Shown here: one piece after another, positions 9,259 to 16,880 of the stretch | Numbering within the stretch: position 1 is the first letter of the stretch | How the letters are laid out: the number at the start of each line of letters is the position of its first letter | Source: a virus | Taxonomy: Duplodnaviria; Caudoviricetes | IMG/VR virus record: IMGVR_UViG_3300048598_000507 | Coordinates: 1-37,057 of that record | Length of the DNA stretch: 37,057 bases | Strand: one strand, 5' to 3' | Translations under genes and position numbers: made by a program | The notes under the pieces: generated by a model | The model's input: only the letters and a program-made list of their open reading frames with translations | Database searches by the model: none | Told to the model about the DNA's origin: nothing

Positions 9259-9465
9259 TCAGTCATTACCATCCGCTTCGGACGGTCCGTCGAACACGGC
9301 ATGCAGGTCGGCAGGGTCGATCAGGATCCGGCCGCCAGAGGTCCGTGTCGCCCGCACGGCCTCCTTGGCGACCCAGCGTCGCACCGTTTCCGGATGGACG
9401 CGGAGATGCCACTCGCGCTCGATGTACGCGGCGGCTTCTCTCGGGCTCAGGCGATCTTCAGACAC
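9259..9465 (-). CDS. Xis/MerR-like HTH protein, first gene after the SOS box
   Basis: LSPREAAAY...HPETVRRW...TSGGRILI; GTG start with an AGGAGG RBS. Confidence 0.8.
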   Translation of the reverse strand: MSEDRLSPREAAAYIEREWHLRVHPETVRRWVAKEAVRATRTSGGRILIDPADLHAVFDGPSEADGND

Positions 9466-9550
9466 GCGCTCCTCCTGGGCCGGTATCACGCCCCGGCCGC
9501 GGCTTCCTCGTGGTTGCGCCCGATGCAGGTGGCCCCTGGACTCAGAGCGG

Positions 9551-9582
9551 ACACGAACATGTGTTCGTGTACGTGCATAGTA
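9551..9582 (-). promoter_or_regulatory. LexA (SOS) box just downstream of a TACTAT -10 element
   Basis: CGAAC-ATGT-GTTCG at 9554-9567 (8-bp arms 9551-9558 and 9563-9570); TACTAT at 9582-9577 on the minus strand. Confidence 0.8.
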
Positions 9583-9588
9583 GCGGGC

Positions 9589-9906
9589 TCAGCTGACGGA
9601 ATGAGAAGCCTTCGAGGCGCGCGGCTTGAACCAGAGCACGTAGAAGCCGTTGGCAGTCGCGTAGACGGCGCCGATGAAGGCGAAGACCTGGGCCGCGGTC
9701 AGGGTGCCCCAGGTGGAGACGAGACCGAGCACGTCGCCGGCGAGCCAGCTGGTGGCAAGACCGACGGCGATCGAGAGGGCGACGGAGAGGATCCACTTCG
9801 CGCGGGCACTCCAGCCCGAGCCCTTGATGAACTCGACCAGGCGGCTGGCGACGCCGCCGGCGAGCAGGATCATGGCGACGAGAGTGATGGCTTCGACGAT
9901 GTTCAC
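9589..9906 (-). CDS. Putative holin (about 3 TM helices, 105 aa)
   Basis: GTG start with an AAGGAG RBS; hydrophobic helices, LVEFIK motif and basic C-terminus. Confidence 0.7.
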   Translation of the reverse strand: MNIVEAITLVAMILLAGGVASRLVEFIKGSGWSARAKWILSVALSIAVGLATSWLAGDVLGLVSTWGTLTAAQVFAFIGAVYATANGFYVLWFKPRASKASHSVS

Positions 9907-10145
9907 GCTGCGCTCCTTTGTGCGATGGGTCGCGCGAGCGGGGCGCCGGCGCCGCATCTGTGCCGGCCACCACCGGCAGCCGAGGCCTGCTCCCCGCTCG
10001 CGCTCGGGACGCACGACCCGACACAGCGCAGCGAGGAGCGAGAAGGAGCCAAGCAGATGGGCGTCTGCGAAGACGGGCCGTCGCCGAAGGGGAGCGGCGA
10101 CGTAGGACTCCTCGGACCTGCGCTGCGTCGGGGCGTGCATGACGC
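9907..10145 (-). ncRNA. Candidate structured RNA or holin leader
   Basis: Nested stems of 21 bp (one G-U, one mismatch), 7, 8 and 5 bp, plus a second domain with 12- and 6-bp stems; has its own promoter. Confidence 0.6.
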
Positions 10146-10150
10146 TGGGG

Positions 10151-10192
10151 AGGGTAGCGAGGGAGAGTGCGGGGGGCTGAATAATCTTGGCC
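10151..10192 (-). promoter_or_regulatory. Conserved phage promoter motif, copy 1
   Basis: GGCCAAGATTATTCAG-N20-TACCCT; matches the copy at 34509-34550. Confidence 0.75.
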
Positions 10193-10268
10193 GTGACTGC
10201 CCTCATGGCGGGTGCTAGGCTCGTACGGCGACACGACTCGGATTCGCATCCAAGCTCTAGGAGGCGAC

Positions 10269-11369
10269 TTGCAGGGAAGCGAAGCGGCAGCAGAGAGTGC
10301 GACGCTGTACGCCGCATGGTGGGTTCGACTGCTGGCAACGGTGATCGATCTCGCCATCATCCTCGTCCCCATGTCCATAGCCGTGGCCGTCCTCGATGCA
10401 TTCGGTGTGAACTCAGATGCGCTTCTGGGAGTCGCAGCTCTCATCGTTCTCCTGCTCTATCTGGTCGTCCTCGAAGCGACCCTGGGCCGAACGGTCGGGA
10501 AGATGCCGTTCAGGGCCCATGTGATCCGCGCCGAGGGAGGCGCCATCGGCTGGGGCCAAGCTCTGGTCCGCAACCTCTTCAAGGTTGTCACCATCGGCAG
10601 CCTCGCCCTCATGGCCGTCGCCTTGGTCTGCGTCCTCTTCAGCCGGCGCTCGCAGCGCGTGGGCGACATGGTCGCCGGCACCATCGTCGTGGAGAGACTG
10701 CCCGCCAGGCGCCCTAGAAGGCAGGCTTCGCCAGTGGTGCCATCTCGGGCGCAGGAGATGACTCCGTCGGCCGAGCAAGTGACAGCGGTCGATGAGCCTG
10801 CCGGCGTTGCGTCAGCCGCCGACGCCGTGTTGCCTGCCGCTCACCCGGTTCCTCAGCACGGCGGCATCGTTGGCTTCGTCCTCTCGCTCGTCGGGTTTCT
10901 GCTGCCGGTGCTCTGGCCCTTCGCAGTCGTCTTCTCATGGCGGGACCTCAGACGCGAGTCGAGGAACGGGCAGCAGCATGGATTGTCGATGGCTGGACTC
11001 GTCATCTCGTCAGTGGGTACGACGCTGACGCTGGGCGTGGTTGTGATGTTCATCGTGGGCGTTCCGCAGACTGCTTGGTCCAACCTGACGGATTCGCCCG
11101 AGGAATCGAGGACCAAGGATGGGGTCCGGGCGATCCAGGCAGGCATCGAGGCGTGGGCAGCCGACCACTCGAACCTCTACCCCGACGAATCGAGCGTCAA
11201 CGCCGACGGTCTGGCCGAGTACGTGCAGTCATGGCCGCTGAACGGCTACACCCTCCTGCCGATGAGAAAGCGAGAGCGAAAGGGCGACTATACGTACTGG
11301 ACGAACGGCCTCAAGTACGAGTTGGTCGGCTACGATTCAAGCGGAGAGCCGGCCATCTCTGTTCCCTAG
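10269..11369 (+). CDS. Membrane protein: RDD domain, DUF4190-like TM pair and pilin/pseudopilin-like C-terminal domain
   Basis: RLLATVIDL, GRTVGK, QRVGDMVAGTIVV (RDD); TTG start with an AGGAGG RBS; extended -10 TGCTAGGCT at 10213-10221. Confidence 0.8.
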   Translation: MQGSEAAAESATLYAAWWVRLLATVIDLAIILVPMSIAVAVLDAFGVNSDALLGVAALIVLLLYLVVLEATLGRTVGKMPFRAHVIRAEGGAIGWGQALVRNLFKVVTIGSLALMAVALVCVLFSRRSQRVGDMVAGTIVVERLPARRPRRQASPVVPSRAQEMTPSAEQVTAVDEPAGVASAADAVLPAAHPVPQHGGIVGFVLSLVGFLLPVLWPFAVVFSWRDLRRESRNGQQHGLSMAGLVISSVGTTLTLGVVVMFIVGVPQTAWSNLTDSPEESRTKDGVRAIQAGIEAWAADHSNLYPDESSVNADGLAEYVQSWPLNGYTLLPMRKRERKGDYTYWTNGLKYELVGYDSSGEPAISVP

Positions 11370-11439
11370 GTGCGCTCAGAGTTGCGTCGGGCACCTCGGA
11401 CCCAGGCGGGCACTGAACCCTTGGGGACTCCTCCGCAGC

Positions 11440-14214
11440 TCAGTGATCCTGGCCGCCTGCGCTGAGGTTCATCTCGAGCAGGCGCGCAAGCACCTCGTCG
11501 TCGTCGAGTGGATAGGGCCAGCCATAGGCCGCGTGTACGGCACGGTCGAGCCGCTCGTGCGACTGCCCAAGCCAGGTCGGCGGCGAGTTGTAGAGGTTGG
11601 TCAGCGTGCGTTTGGCGAGCTCGCTGGGAGTCAATCCGGGTGGGTTCTGCCAGCCCACGCGTAGCTCGTTGAGCTGCCGCGCCGCATCGGCCACCTCCGC
11701 GGCCGCATCCGCCGGCGGACTTGCGGGGAAGGGGAAGGTCTCGAAGGTAGAGGTCGGGGTATAGCGGAAGCCCGACTCCACCTCGCGCAGCTGCGTGCCT
11801 AGGCCGCGCGCCCAAAGCTCGTGCGGACGTGAGTGCAGCACGCCGAAGAAGTAGTCGTCCTCGCGGGCGAAGACGATGATCTGGTGGTCAGGCAGCGTAC
11901 CTGCCGGCAGCCACGCGAACAGTCGGTGCTTGGTGACGATGGGGGTGCCGACGAAGCGCGCGAGGCCGGCCAGCCCCGCGCGCATGTCGACTCGCGGACG
12001 TTCGTGAAGCCACCATTCGGCCCTCGTGCTCCGCGACGAGTCGCGCTGGGGCTTCACGTGCTCGCGCACATACTCGAACGGCCCCTCATAGAGCGCAGCC
12101 TGCTCCAACGGCATGCCAGTGCCGAAGTCGATGATCCACATGCCACGCGGGCGCCGCGTGACGTCGAGGCCGTTGACCCACGGACGCACGACGTCGGCGT
12201 TGCTGCGCCCGTCTGGGTTCGGCATGGTGAGCAACCGCGCCGCCAACTCGGTGGAGACGTCGAACGCCCCGCCCTTGGTGTCACCCATGAAGGCGACGCC
12301 GCGGTTCTCGGGCAGCCGCCGCACAGTCGTCAGGTCGATGCCCGTAGTCAGGTTGGCGTTGACGAAGGTGACGCGCGCACCGTCCAGCCAACGCTCCTGC
12401 TCACTGCCGTCGTCGAAGCCGACGAACGAGATGTGCACCGCGGCGCCCTCCAGCACCCAGGGCTCGTCGGCCCAGGCCAGGAAGATGTCGCCGCTGCGCT
12501 TGATGCGCTCGAGGATGCGGCGGTTGGCGCCGCCTCGGATGCCCTGTGTGGCCAGCAGACCGACACGCCATACCACACCGGCCTCGACCATAGCGCGCGC
12601 CTTCTCGTGCCAGTAGCAGACGAAGTCCGCCTCGCGCGGCACCCGACCCTCGTAAGCGCGGAAGAGCAGGTCGACGTACTCGTCGCCAAGGTTGGCGCGC
12701 AGCAGCTTGCCACCCAAGAACGGCGGGTTGCCGATGATGCAGGTTGCGCTCGGCCACTGCGCCTCGCCTGGACTCTCGGGGTCGCTAAGGTCGAGCAGCG
12801 CGTCTCGCTGTTCAATAGTGTCCAGCGGCTTAAGGATCGGGTCGCGGTCATACGCGAATCCGTGCGAGAGCATCCACTGGATCTCGCCGATCCAGATGAC
12901 CACGCGAGCGAGCTCGGCCGCGTAGGGGCTCAGCTCAATGCCGAGCACCGCCTCGGGCCCGACGCGCGGGAACTGGATGGGCACGCCCAGAGCGCCCGAC
13001 GCCCACACGTTGGCCTCGTGCTCGAGGTCCTTGAGGGCGAGCAGCGCCAGGTACAGGAAGTTGCCAGAGCCGCAGGCGGGGTCGAGCACGCGCACCGCAT
13101 GAAGCCTCTCGAGGAAGGCGTTGAAGACTGCTGCGGGGTTCTTGCCCGCCGGCGTACGCGCCGTGATCGTCTTGCCCTCAGCGAGCAGCGCCTCGATTCT
13201 CGCCTTGGTCGCCTCGAGGTCTTTGCGCAGCGGCGTGAGCAGCACCGGCTCAATCAGCCGCATGATCGAGGAGCGGTCGGTGTAGTGGGCACCGAGCTGG
13301 GTGCGCTTGGCGGGGTCGAGGCCGCGCTCGAAGAGCGTGCCGAAGATGGCCGGCTCGACCTGCGACCAGTCGAGCCGCGAGACACGGTCAACGAGGGCGA
13401 TCTCCTCGCGCGAGAGCGCAAGTACGGCAGCGCTGTCGAAGAGGCCGCCATTGAACCACTCGATGCGCTCGGCGCCAAAGAGGCCGCCACCCTCGGCCAT
13501 CTTGGCGAACAGCTCGCGCAGGCCACCGGTGAACACCTCGGGGTCATCCTTGCCGGCGGCGGCGAGGCGCCGCAGCAGATTGCGCGGCAACAGACCGGCG
13601 TCCTCTGCAAACATGCAGAACAGCAGCTTGTCGAGAAAGTGGGCGACCTCACGCGGCTCGTGGCCCCGGGCGCGCAGCCGCTCCGCCAGCGAAGCGTAGT
13701 CGGTGGCCGCCTGTGCGGTCAGCTCGTCGCGTGTCTTGCCAGGCCTCAACTCTTCCGGATGCTCCATGACTGCACGCAGCAGCCGCAACGGCTCCGCGGG
13801 CTCGGCAAGGAGACGTTCCAGGTCGAAGCAGTGGACAGTGGCCGGCGTGTTGGTGAAGTTGGTATGGACCTCGAACCGGTCGAGGTCGCAGACGACGAGC
13901 AGCGGCGGGTTGTCCAGCGCCTCGCGGTACTGGAGCAGCTGCTGGTACGCCGCCTTCAGGTCCTTGTGTTTGCCTTTGTACTCCCATGCAAAGTGGCCGC
14001 GCTTCCAGACGTCGGCGAAGCCGTCGCCGCCGGCTGACTTCTCGACGCCCTTCTCGAAGGCGTACTCGTCGCCGATCGGGTCGGCCTCATTGGGCGTCTG
14101 GACGCCGAGCATGCGACAGAGGTCGATGAAGTGTTCCTGCGAGGCGGCACGCTCAGTGCGTGCGTTCCCTGCCCACTTGCGGACGAAGTCCGCCGGAGTG
14201 AGTGGCGCCGTCAC
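11440..14214 (-). CDS. MmeI/YeeA-family type IIL restriction-modification enzyme
   Basis: N-terminal ADVWKRGHFAWEYK nuclease motif; GAHYT, LDPACGSGNFL and GNPPF m6A-MTase motifs; C-terminal TRD (RYTPTSTFETFPFP, TLTNLYN). Confidence 0.9.
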   Translation of the reverse strand: MTAPLTPADFVRKWAGNARTERAASQEHFIDLCRMLGVQTPNEADPIGDEYAFEKGVEKSAGGDGFADVWKRGHFAWEYKGKHKDLKAAYQQLLQYREALDNPPLLVVCDLDRFEVHTNFTNTPATVHCFDLERLLAEPAEPLRLLRAVMEHPEELRPGKTRDELTAQAATDYASLAERLRARGHEPREVAHFLDKLLFCMFAEDAGLLPRNLLRRLAAAGKDDPEVFTGGLRELFAKMAEGGGLFGAERIEWFNGGLFDSAAVLALSREEIALVDRVSRLDWSQVEPAIFGTLFERGLDPAKRTQLGAHYTDRSSIMRLIEPVLLTPLRKDLEATKARIEALLAEGKTITARTPAGKNPAAVFNAFLERLHAVRVLDPACGSGNFLYLALLALKDLEHEANVWASGALGVPIQFPRVGPEAVLGIELSPYAAELARVVIWIGEIQWMLSHGFAYDRDPILKPLDTIEQRDALLDLSDPESPGEAQWPSATCIIGNPPFLGGKLLRANLGDEYVDLLFRAYEGRVPREADFVCYWHEKARAMVEAGVVWRVGLLATQGIRGGANRRILERIKRSGDIFLAWADEPWVLEGAAVHISFVGFDDGSEQERWLDGARVTFVNANLTTGIDLTTVRRLPENRGVAFMGDTKGGAFDVSTELAARLLTMPNPDGRSNADVVRPWVNGLDVTRRPRGMWIIDFGTGMPLEQAALYEGPFEYVREHVKPQRDSSRSTRAEWWLHERPRVDMRAGLAGLARFVGTPIVTKHRLFAWLPAGTLPDHQIIVFAREDDYFFGVLHSRPHELWARGLGTQLREVESGFRYTPTSTFETFPFPASPPADAAAEVADAARQLNELRVGWQNPPGLTPSELAKRTLTNLYNSPPTWLGQSHERLDRAVHAAYGWPYPLDDDEVLARLLEMNLSAGGQDH

Positions 14215-14419
14215 GGCTCGAGAGTCCGTTCACGACGAACCCGTCCCCCATTGCAGGCGAGACCCGGGCGCTGGTCACGATCGCGCGCGAAACGCTCGAC
14301 CAGCTCAAGTACGGCATCAGGTGCGGCCACGTGGCCCTCCGCGGTCGTCCAAGCAGCCTCGAGTGGGCCACGGTTGACGCCTGGAGGCTATCACTCGGAA
14401 GAAGGTCTTAGTAGAGCAA

Positions 14420-14455
14420 GCGCCCCACCGGCGGAGGATGACCGGCGGGGCGCCC
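14420..14455 (-). terminator. Possible terminator hairpin after the fibre module
   Basis: GCGCCCC...CCGG / CCGG...GGGGCGC inverted repeat; weak U-tract. Confidence 0.4.
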
Positions 14456-14497
14456 TTCGTGATGCGGATCCTCCGCACCACAGACCAGCGGCGAACC

Positions 14498-14827
14498 TCA
14501 GGAAGCCGAGAGCGAGATCCCGGTGCTGCTCGCCTGCAGCGTGTACGTCCCCGGGTTCCCGAACGTCACCTGAGTAAGCGGAGCCCCGCCGTAGTCGGTG
14601 CCGCCGCTCGCAGCGGAGTAGCCGCGCCAACCCGCGACGACCTGGCCGGCGCTCATGTTGAACACCAGGTTGGCGCTCATCAGGAAGTCGCCGTCGCCGT
14701 CGTTCGCGCCCCAGGTGACGGCCTTGCGTGCGTCGCCAACGGGCGTGCCGCTGGCGTTGACCAGGCCGATGTGGGTGATCAGGCCCTTGCCATGCGTGGC
14801 GAGCGCCTCGAGGTATGCGTCGTTCAA
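14498..14827 (-). CDS. Small beta-rich virion fibre-associated protein
   Basis: TTG start with an AGGAGG RBS; ARKAVTW...LVFNM...GWRGYSAASGGT pattern of phage fibre proteins. Confidence 0.7.
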   Translation of the reverse strand: MNDAYLEALATHGKGLITHIGLVNASGTPVGDARKAVTWGANDGDGDFLMSANLVFNMSAGQVVAGWRGYSAASGGTDYGGAPLTQVTFGNPGTYTLQASSTGISLSAS

Positions 14828-14845
14828 TCTGAGAGACCTCCTGTC

Positions 14846-15160
14846 TCAGACGACCGGCAGCCCGCAGGTGCGGGTGATGCGCTGGCCGTCGCTGATGGTG
14901 AACACTGCCGTGATCCGGTACGAGCCGGCCGAGCCGGGGACCGTGATGCGGAAGTCGACCCGGCCGCCGGTCTCCGGCGGACTGATGCCGCTCACGGCGT
15001 TCTCTTGCTGCGCTCCGTCGCCATCGGCGAGCGTGAGCGCGGCGTCCGTCACCGTCTCGTCGCCCTCGAGCTCGGCCGAGACGTCGATGTAGCGGTCCAC
15101 GATGTCGCCGCGACGCACCGCGTCGAGGCTCCCGATCCAGACCGGCTCTGATTCGCTCAT
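14846..15160 (-). CDS. Ig-like fibre adaptor protein
   Basis: 104 aa, beta-rich, ...GSYRITAVFTISDGQRITRT; ATGA overlap. Confidence 0.65.
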   Translation of the reverse strand: MSESEPVWIGSLDAVRRGDIVDRYIDVSAELEGDETVTDAALTLADGDGAQQENAVSGISPPETGGRVDFRITVPGSAGSYRITAVFTISDGQRITRTCGLPVV

Positions 15161-16746
15161 ATGGGCGACCTCCTCGCCTTCTGCGTGCTGATGCCCCGCG
15201 AGCCGCGAGACCCGAGCCCCGGGGCTCCTGCTCCCGTACTGATGCCGCCGGCGGCCGGCCGCGCAGCGAGGCCCCGGCGCGCAGCTCCGGTCGTGATGCC
15301 GACGGCCGCGGCGACGCCGGAGTCGCCGGCGCCGATGGCGACCATGAACAGGGCTGCAATCGCGCCGCCCTGCGCTTCCTCGAGGCCCTGGCCCTCCCCG
15401 TATACGACGGCTGCCACGACGGCGGCGCCGGCGCCGGCGACAAGCTCGCGCGCCTGCCCGCCGCCCGCGGCCTGCGCGGCGACGCCGGCCCAGGATCCTC
15501 CAGGGACTTGCTCTACCGCGGAGCCGTCGCCTGCGGCCGAGATTGCCGTCTCGGCGACCCCATCGCCCGCAACGACCTCGCGGGCGAATCCGCCGCCGGT
15601 GGCACCGATGGCGACGCCAGCGACCGATCCACCGAACTCGTTCTGCTCCGGCTGCTCCTCACTGCCGCTGCCGCCGCCGCTAGCCGAGACCACGAGAGCG
15701 GCCGCCCCGCCGCCAGAGGCGGCCTCGTTCGAAGCGCCGGCCCCAGCTCCAGCGGCGCCGACGCCGACGACGGATCCGCCGCTCGCTTGCTCGCTCGCCC
15801 CGCCGGCGCCCGACGCCTGGACCGTGACGACCACCAGCGATCCGCCGCCGGCCGCTTCTGCAGCTGCTCCGCCGCCGCCCACGCCGACGCTGACGCCAGC
15901 AGCCGAGCCGGCGGCCGCTTGCTCGACCGCCGTGCCCTCTCCGGTGGCAGAGACGATGGCGCCACTGGCTGCCCCGCCGCCCGCCTGCTCATGCGCGACG
16001 CCGGCACCGACCGCGCCACTGTCCGCCGCGGCGACCGACCCGCCGGAGGCCGACTCCTGGGCAGAGCCGCCTCCGCTCGCGGCCACGCTGACCGGCGCGT
16101 CTGACCCGCCCACCTCGCTCTGGGTGGTCGGCCTGAGGGCCAGCGTGAAGGCGATCGAGTCGTCGGTGGTCGCGCCGCCCGAGTAGGTCGCGTTCGGCGG
16201 GCTCACCGTCCCCGGGCTTGCCGCCTCCTTGTAGGCCGCGAGCCCGGTCGCGTCGCTCCCGGCGGTCGCCGTGTCTCCGGATGCCAGCGTCCAGCCACTC
16301 ATCGCCGGCGCGGCGCTCGCGTCGTTGTTCTTACCAGCGATCGCGACGACGAGCGCGGCGGCCGTCTGCGTCGTCACAGACGGGAACTGCGTCGAGTTGC
16401 TGTTCTGCGTCGTGCGCGCGGCCGCGCAGACGGCGTCGATCGCGTCGTACCCACGGTAGAGGTCGGCCGACCAGATCGTGGTCGAGTTCGCGACCGAGGA
16501 CGAGGTCCAGGCCTGCGCCCCGTCACCGGCCTGCAGCACCCGGCAGCCGACCCAGAGGCGCCCGTAGCCGCTCGAGGCGTAGTTCACGAGCTCGGTCATC
16601 CCGGCGGGCTTTGCGAACGCCTTCGCGGCGTCGTAGGTGTAGAGCCAGCCGATCAGCAGGTCGCCCGCCTGCCACCCTGACGGCAGGGCGAAGGAGCCCG
16701 ACGTCGGGTTGTTGCCGGTGCTTGTCGCGTTGCCGATGAGGCCCAT
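15157..16746 (-). CDS. Fibre protein with an N-terminal beta domain and Gly/Ala-rich 22-aa repeats
   Basis: LPSGWQAGDLLI N-terminus; repeated EQAxGGS... units. Confidence 0.75.
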   Translation of the reverse strand: MGLIGNATSTGNNPTSGSFALPSGWQAGDLLIGWLYTYDAAKAFAKPAGMTELVNYASSGYGRLWVGCRVLQAGDGAQAWTSSSVANSTTIWSADLYRGYDAIDAVCAAARTTQNSNSTQFPSVTTQTAAALVVAIAGKNNDASAAPAMSGWTLASGDTATAGSDATGLAAYKEAASPGTVSPPNATYSGGATTDDSIAFTLALRPTTQSEVGGSDAPVSVAASGGGSAQESASGGSVAAADSGAVGAGVAHEQAGGGAASGAIVSATGEGTAVEQAAAGSAAGVSVGVGGGGAAAEAAGGGSLVVVTVQASGAGGASEQASGGSVVGVGAAGAGAGASNEAASGGGAAALVVSASGGGSGSEEQPEQNEFGGSVAGVAIGATGGGFAREVVAGDGVAETAISAAGDGSAVEQVPGGSWAGVAAQAAGGGQARELVAGAGAAVVAAVVYGEGQGLEEAQGGAIAALFMVAIGAGDSGVAAAVGITTGAARRGLAARPAAGGISTGAGAPGLGSRGSRGISTQKARRSPI

Positions 16747-16880
16747 GAGCGGCTCAGGCGGCGCTCAGGGCGCTAGGACCACGCGCGAGCTGAGCGTTCC
16801 TAGTAGGCGCGGGCCGCCGGGGCGAATTCCATCCCACTCCAAGCCGGCGGCCCGCCCCCCTTCCTTGGGGGCTCGTCACG

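Noticed and set aside
11833-14037. Long plus-strand ORFs antisense to real genes (e.g. 734 aa here; also 5734..6894, 22092..23237, 25214..26740, 28369..29658)
   Set aside because: Shadow ORFs expected at high GC; no motifs or RBS, and they lie opposite well-supported genes
14153-14411. Small ORFs on both strands upstream of the MmeI-like gene
   Set aside because: No convincing RBS or motif; they overlap the MmeI start and promoter. Could be a gene remnant but this cannot be supported
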